Below are positions 27,797-35,988 of a DNA stretch of 64,000 bases, piece after piece. The DNA comes from a virus. Numbering within the stretch: position 1 is the first letter of the stretch; each line of letters begins with the position of its first letter. Below the pieces are notes generated by a model. The model did no database searches. It was not told the DNA's origin and was given only the letters and a program-made list of their open reading frames with translations. The stretch lies in the IMG/VR virus record IMGVR_UViG_3300030085_001980; one strand, 5' to 3'. Both the position numbers and the translations under genes were made by a program.

Positions 27797-27822
27797 TTGA
27801 GTGGTGTTCCTTTGACTCTTTT

Positions 27823-27879
27823 AATATACACGATTTTGGGGTGCTGTGGGGCAATGGTGTGCACCTTGCCGACCGTCAC
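27823..27879 (-). promoter_or_regulatory. Early promoter module copy 4
   Basis: GTGTGCACCT-tgccg-ACCGTCAC at 27857-27879; TATATT at 27823-27828. Confidence 0.65.
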
Positions 27880-28436
27880 AGCACGCGGGTGCCGAATTGT
27901 TGAATCATTTTGTTTGGGATAGTATAACCCAGACGGGGATCTTTTCTCACCTTGGTTGACTCATACTGTTTTTTGAGGTTAGGTAGAAGAATTGCAATCA
28001 CGTCAAGTGCATCCATTCGCCAGATTTCTTGGATCTTGCCTGACTCATAGCGTGCATAGTAGTGATTAGCATACTTGCCAATCTTTTCCTCTTGAATATA
28101 CTCTACTTGTTTCTCCCAAGTATCCTGAACACTGATACCATTGTACGTTGCTGTTAGTTTCTTGCCAATCGTTGATTTATACTCACAGGGACCATCTTGA
28201 TCGTATGCATCAGCACCACTATAATCGTCGGCAATAGTGTGACCTAAGATGCCTGCCATATGTATTTCACGAGAGCGAGCATAAGAGAAAGGATCACCCC
28301 ACTCATTTGCCTCGCAAAGTGCATACATTTGCTCGAACAGTTGTTGATACTGTTGCTCAGGAGTCATTGTAGTAAGATCAGCAGTTTTATCGCAGAAAGT
28401 GTCAAATGCCTCTCTGATGTTTGTAAGTTCTTGCAT
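27876..28436 (-). CDS. PD-(D/E)xK restriction-endonuclease-like protein
   Basis: E...GAD-AYDQDGPC-EYKS arrangement fits the nuclease core. Confidence 0.6.
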   Translation of the reverse strand: MQELTNIREAFDTFCDKTADLTTMTPEQQYQQLFEQMYALCEANEWGDPFSYARSREIHMAGILGHTIADDYSGADAYDQDGPCEYKSTIGKKLTATYNGISVQDTWEKQVEYIQEEKIGKYANHYYARYESGKIQEIWRMDALDVIAILLPNLKKQYESTKVRKDPRLGYTIPNKMIQQFGTRVL

Positions 28437-28461
28437 TTGGGTGAATTGCTTTGACTCTTAT

Positions 28462-28520
28462 AGTATTGCATTAAAAAGCGCCCTCTGGGGGCGCTGGTGG
28501 ACACTTTAACGTACTGTCAC
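28462..28520 (-). promoter_or_regulatory. Early promoter module copy 5, with internal terminator-like hairpin
   Basis: GTGGACACT-ttaacgt-ACTGTCAC at 28497-28520; AGCGCCC/GGGCGCT hairpin plus T5 at 28473-28495; AATACT at 28462-28467. Confidence 0.7.
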
Positions 28521-28526
28521 ACGGTA

Positions 28527-28931
28527 TCACCAATGGGTGCCAAGGTGAGACATTGTTGATGTAAATGCTGTAAATGTTGCGGCGTCAGTGATATTTGTGG
28601 TGGAAACTCTTGCCGCTGCTTCATCCTTACCGATGTCACCATCAGATGTAACGAATCCCCAAACTTTGACGACTCCACCTCTATCAGCAGGAGCAGTTCC
28701 TACGATCTCGATGTCATCACCAGCAGCACGAGTTGCGAACGCCCAAGTAACTGAAGCGTCATCCGCTTCGATCTTACTTTTCTTCGCTTCCAGTCTAGTA
28801 TCAACACCGAAATTTGCGGTGCCGCTAGATGTCATTCTAGCGTCGATGTTTGCGAGTCTATACTGCTTTGCTTTTGCAACAAGGGCAGTACACAGTTCAC
28901 CCGCTTTGGTTGTTACTGCTTCGCTTGCCAT
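28527..28931 (-). CDS. Ala/Thr-rich hypothetical protein under a late promoter
   Basis: 134-aa ORF 29 nt downstream of TATAAATA. Confidence 0.7.
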   Translation of the reverse strand: MASEAVTTKAGELCTALVAKAKQYRLANIDARMTSSGTANFGVDTRLEAKKSKIEADDASVTWAFATRAAGDDIEIVGTAPADRGGVVKVWGFVTSDGDIGKDEAAARVSTTNITDAATFTAFTSTMSHLGTHW

Positions 28932-28959
28932 AACTTTCTAAAAGATTACTTTGCTGATC

Positions 28960-28967
28960 TATTTATA
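28960..28967 (-). promoter_or_regulatory. T4-type late promoter TATAAATA
   Basis: Exact consensus (plus-strand tatttata). Confidence 0.75.
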
Positions 28968-28968
28968 C

Positions 28969-30213
28969 TCAACGGACATACGAGTCAGGAGCAACACCTT
29001 TGACGAAGATACTATCAACAACACGCTGAAGACGCTCAACAGTATTCTTACCATAGTTTTTGTAGACAGGGACTGTCACAAATCCAGTGGATTTCTTGTA
29101 CATTTGGAGAGCACCAGCAGTGATCTTGCCTGCTTTGATGTTAGCAACGTCGTCGCGATCCATACGAATAACACGACCGATAGTTTGTGCCATCTCAACT
29201 ACATTCAGATTGCGAAGCAATACACAATGAGTGAGACCAGGCACGTTGATACCTTCAGACAGAATACTGTAGTGGAAGATGACAAATTTCTTGGTAGGAT
29301 CAGCACCCCAAGCAGTCAACGTACGGAAGAATTCTTCGCGTCCGACTTTCTTTTTGTTGACAAATGCACCGAACTTAGATGTAACGTGCAGCACATTGTA
29401 ACCACGCTCTGCAAGACGAGCGAGCAAATCTGTCTTGCCAATCATATTGCCAAGCACACGAGAAGATGGCACAGCAACCAGAATCTTTGCAGCGTGTTGT
29501 TCATCGAGATCAGCAATAATACCGTCTACAGTATCAGCATCGTTCTCGTGAGCATTGATCTTGAGTCGCTCAATATCTTGCTCGAAAGGAACAACAGTAG
29601 GAGACACGATGCAACCGTTGTTGATAAGTTCTGGTGCAGGTACGTTCTCAATAACTTGACCGTAAATCTCTGCGTTGTTCATACCCCTGCTATGAGAATT
29701 AGCAGTGCGAGGAGTAGCAGTGAAAAAATAGGTGGAATCAGAGTGAAGACTGCAAGCAGCAGTAGGAATGAAAAAATGGCGTGTGACACTGTTATGTGCT
29801 TCGTCAAAATAAGCACAATCAATATCAATCCCAGAATCGACAACACGGCGCAAAGAATGGTAAGTTGTGAAGATAATTACGGACTCACCTGCTGCACGAG
29901 CAGTGTTAGCGAACAAGGCAATCTTTTCAGACTTAGTGCTGCTGAAATACTTTGTTTCACCACTGTGGCAGTGACAGATGTGGGTCCAAGTGTTAGAAAC
30001 CTGCTGCATAAACTCATCACAGAGTTGATTAGCGAGCAGAATACGAGGAGCGACAACAACAATAGTTTTAGGACCAGTCTTCATCCTGCGGATGCAATCC
30101 TGAATCATAATGAATGTTTTACCGCCGCCAGTAGGTACAATGATTTGACCCTTATCGTGCTTGCTCATAGCAGCGAGAGCACGAACTTGATGGGGGCGAA
30201 GTGTAATGGTCAC
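28969..30213 (-). CDS. SF2 (DEAD/DEAH-like) helicase
   Basis: LRPHQ Q-motif, PTGGGKT, FDEAHN, TATP, LSEGINVP, QTIGRVIR. Confidence 0.9.
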   Translation of the reverse strand: MTITLRPHQVRALAAMSKHDKGQIIVPTGGGKTFIMIQDCIRRMKTGPKTIVVVAPRILLANQLCDEFMQQVSNTWTHICHCHSGETKYFSSTKSEKIALFANTARAAGESVIIFTTYHSLRRVVDSGIDIDCAYFDEAHNSVTRHFFIPTAACSLHSDSTYFFTATPRTANSHSRGMNNAEIYGQVIENVPAPELINNGCIVSPTVVPFEQDIERLKINAHENDADTVDGIIADLDEQHAAKILVAVPSSRVLGNMIGKTDLLARLAERGYNVLHVTSKFGAFVNKKKVGREEFFRTLTAWGADPTKKFVIFHYSILSEGINVPGLTHCVLLRNLNVVEMAQTIGRVIRMDRDDVANIKAGKITAGALQMYKKSTGFVTVPVYKNYGKNTVERLQRVVDSIFVKGVAPDSYVR

Positions 30214-30238
30214 AGTGGCGATTGATGTCGATGAATTA

Positions 30239-30295
30239 AATATACAGCAAAAAGACCCCGTGTGGGGTCAGAGTAGACAGTTATTCAACTGGCAG
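30239..30295 (-). promoter_or_regulatory. Early promoter module copy 6, with internal terminator-like hairpin
   Basis: GTAGACAGT-tattca-ACTGGCAG at 30273-30295; GACCCC/GGGGTC hairpin plus T5 at 30249-30269; TATATT at 30239-30244. Confidence 0.7.
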
Positions 30296-30437
30296 CAGCG
30301 TTCTTCAGCACTGTGATTAAGTGCATTTTACCGTGGAAATATCCAGCAGCAATAACACCTAACGTACACAGTAAGAGTACACCAAGACCAATAAGTTGTG
30401 GGATTGGTGGTGTTAAATCAGACTGATTGTGGTCCAT
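30285..30437 (-). CDS. Small membrane protein, 50 aa (not in ORF track)
   Basis: MDHNQSDLTPPIPQLIGLGVLLLCTLGVIAAGYFHGKMHLITVLKNAAAS; one transmembrane helix. Confidence 0.65.
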   Translation of the reverse strand: MDHNQSDLTPPIPQLIGLGVLLLCTLGVIAAGYFHGKMHLITVLKNAAAS

Positions 30438-30688
30438 CAGGTAGTGATACTCGTGCCAAAATCTCCTGATTCGATTGCATCCACGACTGACACTGGTGAG
30501 GATTCATACAAGGGAGATTCGTATGTTTTTGATTCGTACAAGGGGAGTCCTTCTTTTTTCCTGTGCAGTCGGTGCAACTCCCAGTACACGATTGCGAGGT
30601 GTTGTTGCAAATAGTTTTTTGTTTCAAGTTCATTAACTCTGCATCTGATTGATTCAAGATCTGCCATCAGTTGTTCTAGTTCAGTCAT
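30437..30688 (-). CDS. Hypothetical protein, 83 aa
   Basis: Coiled-coil-like ORF overlapping both neighbours by a few nt. Confidence 0.6.
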   Translation of the reverse strand: MTELEQLMADLESIRCRVNELETKNYLQQHLAIVYWELHRLHRKKEGLPLYESKTYESPLYESSPVSVVDAIESGDFGTSITT

Positions 30689-31253
30689 AATGACATTCCA
30701 AAAGTGTTCCTCGATTCACTATACCTTGTGGCATAGCGTTAAATGATAGCGTACTGCGATGTGTGCCTGGGAGTGTATAGTGTTCCACATAAGATGGGAA
30801 CAAAATTAGATCACCCTTCACACCTTGTGCAGCATATGTCATCTGTTGATTACTGATGACACATATACCTGACTGAGCATTGATTGCAGGCGAATCAAAG
30901 TACGTTGGTGAGCAATGTGTCAGATATAATATACCTGACACGAAACTATTCGGATGTTTGTGTGGGTGGTGTTCCTCGTGTGGTTCACTTACATTAATCC
31001 ACGACAATGTGGGTTTGAAGCGATCACACTGAAACTGATACAAATCTCTATAATCATCCAGTGCCACCTGAATTTCGTTGAATAGTCTAACGAATCGTGG
31101 TAGATCGTGGAGATGAGTGTTTGCTGTTTGCTTGAGATTTCCGACATTGTACTTAGTATCAATGGCGTAATCTACGACTGATTCTACAACTTCAGGATTG
31201 ATAGTGTAACGTACAATATCTGTTGAAAGTGCAGAAGTTACTACCCTGTCCAT
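30681..31253 (-). CDS. 2OG-Fe(II) oxygenase, TIGR02466-like
   Basis: SWIN...HHPHKHPNSFVSGILYL...GDLILFPSYVEH...RSTLSFN. Confidence 0.88.
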   Translation of the reverse strand: MDRVVTSALSTDIVRYTINPEVVESVVDYAIDTKYNVGNLKQTANTHLHDLPRFVRLFNEIQVALDDYRDLYQFQCDRFKPTLSWINVSEPHEEHHPHKHPNSFVSGILYLTHCSPTYFDSPAINAQSGICVISNQQMTYAAQGVKGDLILFPSYVEHYTLPGTHRSTLSFNAMPQGIVNRGTLLECHYD

Positions 31254-31393
31254 CAGAATTTAGCGTTGACACCAATAATTTGTGCATTAGGATTTCGTGC
31301 CATTGCTACCTGTCTCGCCTCTTGATAATCGCGGGCGTGTACTTCTTCTTTAATTACTTTGCCAGCGATGAACATACTTACCTCGCATTTCAT
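31253..31393 (-). CDS. Small conserved cyanophage protein, 46 aa (not in ORF track)
   Basis: MKCEVSMFIAGKVIKEEVHARDYQEARQVAMARNPNAQIIGVNAKF; overlaps both neighbours at the start/stop. Confidence 0.75.
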   Translation of the reverse strand: MKCEVSMFIAGKVIKEEVHARDYQEARQVAMARNPNAQIIGVNAKF

Positions 31394-31590
31394 AGGAGAT
31401 CTTCATCCATTTTTAAGTGCTCGGAAATAATACGCTCAATGTCAGCATTTGTCAACCCGTTGAGCATTGCCCAACGTGGATCAGTCTCGTCCCAATCAAT
31501 CACGATTGATCCATCTTCGTTGACAGTGATATTCAGACCATCATCAGGATCCGAATCCAGATCCACTGGTTTTACTTCGTTTTGCATCAA
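31390..31590 (-). CDS. Hypothetical protein, 66 aa
   Basis: Track ORF in a tightly packed run. Confidence 0.6.
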   Translation of the reverse strand: MMQNEVKPVDLDSDPDDGLNITVNEDGSIVIDWDETDPRWAMLNGLTNADIERIISEHLKMDEDLL

Positions 31591-31780
31591 TAACCTCTAT
31601 TGTTTCGATGTATTGTTTGAAGTTCCACCACGCAGTTTGTACGTCAGCGTAATCTTCAAGGATCTTAACTGATCCATCAGTGCACCACACTTTGTACCAA
31701 TTCCTGTCGTAAGGTTTGTCAGAAGTGAGTGTAAAGTAACGGTCGTCGGTGGGATCAATGTTCTGATTCACGGAGATCAC
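31544..31780 (-). CDS. Hypothetical protein
   Basis: FTLTSDKPYDR..YKV motif resembles conserved cyanophage small proteins. Confidence 0.65.
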   Translation of the reverse strand: MISVNQNIDPTDDRYFTLTSDKPYDRNWYKVWCTDGSVKILEDYADVQTAWWNFKQYIETIEVIDAKRSKTSGSGFGS

Positions 31781-31940
31781 TGAGTTGTTGTTCTAGGGTG
31801 TCAATCCTAGCACATAAACTAGAGAGAAGTATGGACAACTCCTCCCTATTTACTTTGCCAGAGATGTAATAACCATCGTCGCGTACCAATAATTTAAGGA
31901 TGTCACTTTTGTTCACTATTTCAACTCCATAATATCCCAA
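31755..31940 (-). CDS. Hypothetical protein
   Basis: Track ORF; start uncertain. Confidence 0.45.
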   Translation of the reverse strand: MGYYGVEIVNKSDILKLLVRDDGYYISGKVNREELSILLSSLCARIDTLEQQLSDLRESEH

Positions 31941-32125
31941 TTAGGGTCGTCAGGTGTATCGATCCAGAACCAATACTCTCTGTTTGCCTCACTAGAGACA
32001 AAGATTCTACCATCAGACCTACGATGTTCGATGTAAACGAACGTACTACCATTCATATAGTTGGCAAGGTTGGTCCTTGCCTTTTCACTCTTTGGTTGTA
32101 CGATTGCTGTGTTCCTAATAGTCAC
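31916..32125 (-). CDS. Hypothetical protein, 69 aa
   Basis: Track ORF with 4-nt overlap to the upstream gene. Confidence 0.7.
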   Translation of the reverse strand: MTIRNTAIVQPKSEKARTNLANYMNGSTFVYIEHRRSDGRIFVSSEANREYWFWIDTPDDPNWDIMELK

Positions 32126-32271
32126 GACCGTCTGAATACCTCATTTTTAAGTTTGTCATAAACGTGTGCCAATTTAACACCTCGATCGCGATCAATCGAG
32201 ACTTCGTGAAACTTTGAAAGATGCTGCATTGTGTCCATTAATGCTTCTAGTTCGTTACGATTTAGATTCAT
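32122..32271 (-). CDS. Hypothetical protein
   Basis: MNLNRNELEALM...; start trimmed. Confidence 0.6.
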   Translation of the reverse strand: MNLNRNELEALMDTMQHLSKFHEVSIDRDRGVKLAHVYDKLKNEVFRRS

Positions 32272-32413
32272 CCTGCTTGAAAGAGTGGGGAGGAGTGTAG
32301 TAACCGTACTTGAGGAACTTGTAAGTTTCCTCATTGTACTTGCGGCGATCTTCGATTTCCTGATAATACTTCAGGATCTCTTTGTAGTCAAGGTGCACTG
32401 CTGGGTGTGTCAT
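32255..32413 (-). CDS. Hypothetical protein, 52 aa (not in ORF track)
   Basis: MTHPAVHLDYKEILKYYQEIEDRRKYNEETYKFLKYGYYTPPHSFKQDESKS. Confidence 0.6.
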   Translation of the reverse strand: MTHPAVHLDYKEILKYYQEIEDRRKYNEETYKFLKYGYYTPPHSFKQDESKS

Positions 32414-32742
32414 CGTTGATCCATTGATGGTAGCATATCATTACCAGGGTGGTCATCAGTCTTACCCTTGTAATTCTTTACATCATAAAAATGCGTGTCC
32501 TCAATTTCAATCTCATCCCACTGATGTGGATAGATGATGAGACAACATTTGTGAACACGTTTGCTGGCGTGTGGATCTTTATTTGGATAGGCACGGAAAC
32601 ACATAGTGATGTATTCATCATCTACGAATTCAATCGTGCCCTCGTTACCTTGAAACCTAATTGGCATACCAACCTCAAGAGATTTGAGGATGTTTCGTAC
32701 TTCAAGTGGTACGGATTCGCCAATCATTAGTGGTGTTGTCAT
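32410..32742 (-). CDS. Hypothetical protein, 110 aa
   Basis: Track ORF; possible SH3-like segment (GNEGTIEFVDDEYITM). Confidence 0.7.
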   Translation of the reverse strand: MTTPLMIGESVPLEVRNILKSLEVGMPIRFQGNEGTIEFVDDEYITMCFRAYPNKDPHASKRVHKCCLIIYPHQWDEIEIEDTHFYDVKNYKGKTDDHPGNDMLPSMDQR

Positions 32743-33308
32743 TTGAGATAATACTCCAAAACGTACACATTTGTGTTCGTTGTGTTTGAACTCAGGGAAA
32801 GATCCAACAGTGATGATGGATAGATGGTCAGGTTACCTTCAGTTGGTGTAAATGTGAACTCAGTTGAGTTTAGGATGTTTGCTTCAACAAAACTATCCTT
32901 TATGCCACTATACCAACTGTCTACACCTTTGTACCCAAAGTTCATATCACAACCAGGATCTTGAAAGAACATTACACCAGAGAAGATTGTGTCATCCCGT
33001 GCATCAATCTTGACAGATTGCCCAGGTTCAATCTTCCTGACGTAAGATTCTACGATCTCGAATGTCTTATTATCCTTCACACCCAGTAGACCAGCAAACT
33101 GCTGCATCTGAGTGGAAATTAACACTCTGTACGACACTTGTTGTGTCGCAATGTCACTTGCAACAGTACGTCCCGTAGTGTTATCGAGCAGCAAACTATA
33201 TGCGTGTTGTCTCATTCCTGTGCTGATCTCCGACTGTTGAATATAAACAGGGAGACCAAATGCAGGAACGATGTCAACAGAATTGAAAGATACTCTATTC
33301 GGTTTCAT
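32739..33308 (-). CDS. Degenerate TIGR02466-like oxygenase-fold protein
   Basis: FSGVMFFQDP and FTPTEGNLTIYPSSL match the family scaffold, but the metal-binding His positions are replaced. Confidence 0.55.
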   Translation of the reverse strand: MKPNRVSFNSVDIVPAFGLPVYIQQSEISTGMRQHAYSLLLDNTTGRTVASDIATQQVSYRVLISTQMQQFAGLLGVKDNKTFEIVESYVRKIEPGQSVKIDARDDTIFSGVMFFQDPGCDMNFGYKGVDSWYSGIKDSFVEANILNSTEFTFTPTEGNLTIYPSSLLDLSLSSNTTNTNVYVLEYYLK

Positions 33309-33501
33309 ACTGAGTCGATACGTGTTTTAAGTGCAAAATGTGAGAAACCTCATCAATTACTGATAGGTCAACTCTAAGTTGCTCATCATCAATAAGTCCT
33401 TTATTGTGACGAGCGTAGAGATCTTGCAGGTACAGTAATACTGACTTGCGAAGGATCTCAATCTGTCTGTCATCCAATAGACGCGATTTTAGTCCGAACA
33501 T
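33295..33501 (-). CDS. Hypothetical protein
   Basis: MFGLKSRLLDDRQIEILRKS...; start trimmed. Confidence 0.55.
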   Translation of the reverse strand: MFGLKSRLLDDRQIEILRKSVLLYLQDLYARHNKGLIDDEQLRVDLSVIDEVSHILHLKHVSTQYETE

Positions 33502-33991
33502 TTGAACTGTCGTGGCAACGGTATTCGTAATACTGTCCGACGAGTTTGACTTCGCCATTTCTCCAAGCAACGGTCTGCCTAAGTCTAGCGCGGTCATCGT
33601 CGATTAGGCGAATTTCTTCACGAAATATCCAGGAATCATAACTTGTGTGGAACACTACTGTGTCGTTGTCAATAAATGACGTATCACAGATCGTTGCAGA
33701 GTCAGTCATATACCCTTGAGATCTGTAAAACTTTCCGTTGCCATACCCACACTGCATTTCACCAGATGAAGATGGTTTACCATCCTCTAATACGCTGTCC
33801 CAAACAAGACGAACATATCCCTGGTTGTAATCATCTGGAATCGCCTCTTTTTCAGCATCTGTAATATCTATACGTACACTTAAGTCCGTATAGATCATCT
33901 GTGGTTTGAATTTATCCTTTCCAGCATATAGGTATCTCCTATCGCTTTTCCAATCACCTTCAGCACGTTGAAACCATTCATTAAGGGTCAT
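33470..33991 (-). CDS. cpeS: S-type phycobiliprotein lyase (CpcS/CpeS/CpcV family)
   Basis: EWFQRAEGDWKSDR, RLVWDS, FYRSQGY, VFHTSYDSWIFREEIRL, RLRQT and YEYR follow the CpcS/CpeS motif order (FF..S.G.W.S.R / V.W / L.R..GY / L.T.Y....EE / R.R / EIR). Subfamily uncertain. Confidence 0.75.
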   Translation of the reverse strand: MTLNEWFQRAEGDWKSDRRYLYAGKDKFKPQMIYTDLSVRIDITDAEKEAIPDDYNQGYVRLVWDSVLEDGKPSSSGEMQCGYGNGKFYRSQGYMTDSATICDTSFIDNDTVVFHTSYDSWIFREEIRLIDDDRARLRQTVAWRNGEVKLVGQYYEYRCHDSSNVRTKIASIG

Positions 33992-34671
33992 AACAGGGGG
34001 ATAATAGAGAACTGATCGTCGGGAAGTGTAGGTTCGGTAATAATATCAAACCCTAGTGTAATCCTTGGTCCTTGGTAGTCATCGTTTACAACAACTCTGT
34101 GCATACGTTTCCATCCTGGTCCAAAGTATATGTTCCCAACTTCATTCTCAATATCGTATGTTATGTCGCCTTCTTTGAACTGTGTTGTACTATTCTTAGG
34201 ATCTATGCTGATGTAACCGTGAAAAGGAAAGTGATGATCGTGCCACCCTAATACTTCTTTAGGGTTATGCATATTCATCCAACATTGCATCCACAGTGGT
34301 TGTTCTGCTGGTGCACGTAGTTCTAAACGTACGATGCGACTTACTTCCTTAAGTAATCCCCAGAACAGAGGACTTGGTGATGTAAGTGCAAATACATTAT
34401 AGAATCTGTACCCAGACAGATCTTGTCCCTGCATTTCTTCTAGTTGTTTATGATCCTCATTGTAAGAATCACTCGGGTTGAATAACTCTGGTAGAGCACT
34501 CAGTGTGAGTCCATCATTCTTCAATGATGAATCACAACCAGTAAATGTATTTTTGAATTGACGATAAGCACGTCCTAATTGTGCTTTCATCTCTTCAGAT
34601 TCGTGTTCAATTACCTCTGAACGGTAAAGTACCCAATCGTCTCCACGTTTTAATAGTGTAGGATCAAACAT
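33988..34671 (-). CDS. 2OG-Fe(II) oxygenase-like protein
   Basis: CWMN...LGWHDHHFPFHGYISI...GNIYFGPGWKRMHRV...RITLGFD. Confidence 0.75.
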   Translation of the reverse strand: MFDPTLLKRGDDWVLYRSEVIEHESEEMKAQLGRAYRQFKNTFTGCDSSLKNDGLTLSALPELFNPSDSYNEDHKQLEEMQGQDLSGYRFYNVFALTSPSPLFWGLLKEVSRIVRLELRAPAEQPLWMQCWMNMHNPKEVLGWHDHHFPFHGYISIDPKNSTTQFKEGDITYDIENEVGNIYFGPGWKRMHRVVVNDDYQGPRITLGFDIITEPTLPDDQFSIIPLL

Positions 34672-35281
34672 TGCTGTATGCTCGGTAAGGATCTTGTACT
34701 GGATTTTTGCTGATGTTGATATTCACAACAGGTCTCCAGTTTGTGCTGGGTGTTGTTGAGGCGTGGAACATATCGCCCTTAAACATCACAGCACGACCAC
34801 GTTTAGGTGACACACGCTCGCACACTGTAAAACTATCTTTCTCCAGATATTTCTGGTAGTCGTAATCATTCAGCGTACGCTCATTGTATATTACTGTATC
34901 ACCATCACTTTCGTCAAGGTAATACACAACGTTCCAAGAATCAGGAACGTAACTATCAATGTGTGGCAACTGTGTGTGGTTAGCAAACATATTAGGAACT
35001 GCATTGATACGCATACGCATCAGGTGATAGCAGTTAATTACGTCCATAGCATTTAATGCCAGTGGCACAAATGCATTGCAGAGAGGAGAGATGTTACCAC
35101 CTTTATCACCCTCGTACATATAATGAAAGTTGCAGAATCCATTGCGAGGATCCTGCTCACGTCCATCCATAATTGCACTATCTTTCCTGTGCCACATTAG
35201 GTTCTCATCTTTAATAAGAGTGAGCAACCAGTTCTGGTACGTTGGAGAGATTAATTCATCGACAACAATCACATCATTCAT
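34664..35281 (-). CDS. 2OG-Fe(II) oxygenase family protein
   Basis: LPHIDS...VYYLDESDGDT...PKRGRAVMFKGDMFHAS. Confidence 0.85.
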   Translation of the reverse strand: MNDVIVVDELISPTYQNWLLTLIKDENLMWHRKDSAIMDGREQDPRNGFCNFHYMYEGDKGGNISPLCNAFVPLALNAMDVINCYHLMRMRINAVPNMFANHTQLPHIDSYVPDSWNVVYYLDESDGDTVIYNERTLNDYDYQKYLEKDSFTVCERVSPKRGRAVMFKGDMFHASTTPSTNWRPVVNINISKNPVQDPYRAYSNV

Positions 35282-35988
35282 AGAAGTTCCTCAAGTGCTT
35301 CATCATCTTCATCGATACCTTCGCCTGTGTTCTGTTCACAGGGACCATAATATGGGTTGTGGTTCTGATTACTTTGTTCATTACGAATCCATTCACCCGC
35401 TGCTTCCCAAGGTGCTGCCAACATAGGACGACCATCCCATTTATTCTTGGCATATTTACCCTCTTGCTCAACATATGAGACGAAGCATTGAATTTGTTCT
35501 TTCGGTCCTTCGTAGTTAGGACGCCAGTGCAAATCCTCGTGACCCTTGAATATAATAGAGTCACCAGTATTTAAGAAGAACTCATAGGTTTTTCCCTTCA
35601 CTTCGATAAAGAAGGGCCACTTATATTGTGGGTCAGCACTAACACAAATGTTACCTACCCATTCTCCACTACTACGGTCACGATGTGCGAAGCACTCAGT
35701 GTTCTTAACGTACAGTCTGCCATATGAGAATGTCTGCCACAATTTCTTCTTGATTAACATCTCAATCAGTGGTTTGTGATATTGACCAAGTGCTTCAAAT
35801 GGCACAGGACAATACATACTAAATGCACCAGGCATTGTAGGATCGCCCATAGGAAGATCAGGATATTGATATTGCACAACATCCTTAATCATATGATATT
35901 CAAGTGCAACGTGGTCACATAATGTCTTCGGAACAGCATTACGTACGATCCACAGTCTACCCTCAATAACTTCATTAATTTGAGTCAT
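35278..35988 (-). CDS. 2OG-Fe(II) oxygenase family protein
   Basis: YGRLY...AHRDR...GDSIIFKGHEDLHWR. Confidence 0.82.
   Translation of the reverse strand: MTQINEVIEGRLWIVRNAVPKTLCDHVALEYHMIKDVVQYQYPDLPMGDPTMPGAFSMYCPVPFEALGQYHKPLIEMLIKKKLWQTFSYGRLYVKNTECFAHRDRSSGEWVGNICVSADPQYKWPFFIEVKGKTYEFFLNTGDSIIFKGHEDLHWRPNYEGPKEQIQCFVSYVEQEGKYAKNKWDGRPMLAAPWEAAGEWIRNEQSNQNHNPYYGPCEQNTGEGIDEDDEALEELL

Noticed and set aside
27654-27854. Track ORF MPHSTPK...
   Set aside because: It starts within the promoter module; the alternative frame 27632-27796 has a better context and a paralog.
28951-30225. 424-aa plus-strand ORF
   Set aside because: Exact antisense shadow of the helicase; no recognisable motifs.
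25223-30295. Repeats as a CRISPR array or mini-array
   Set aside because: Copies are degenerate, 0.6-1.8 kb apart, separated by genes and tied to -10 boxes; no cas genes are present.
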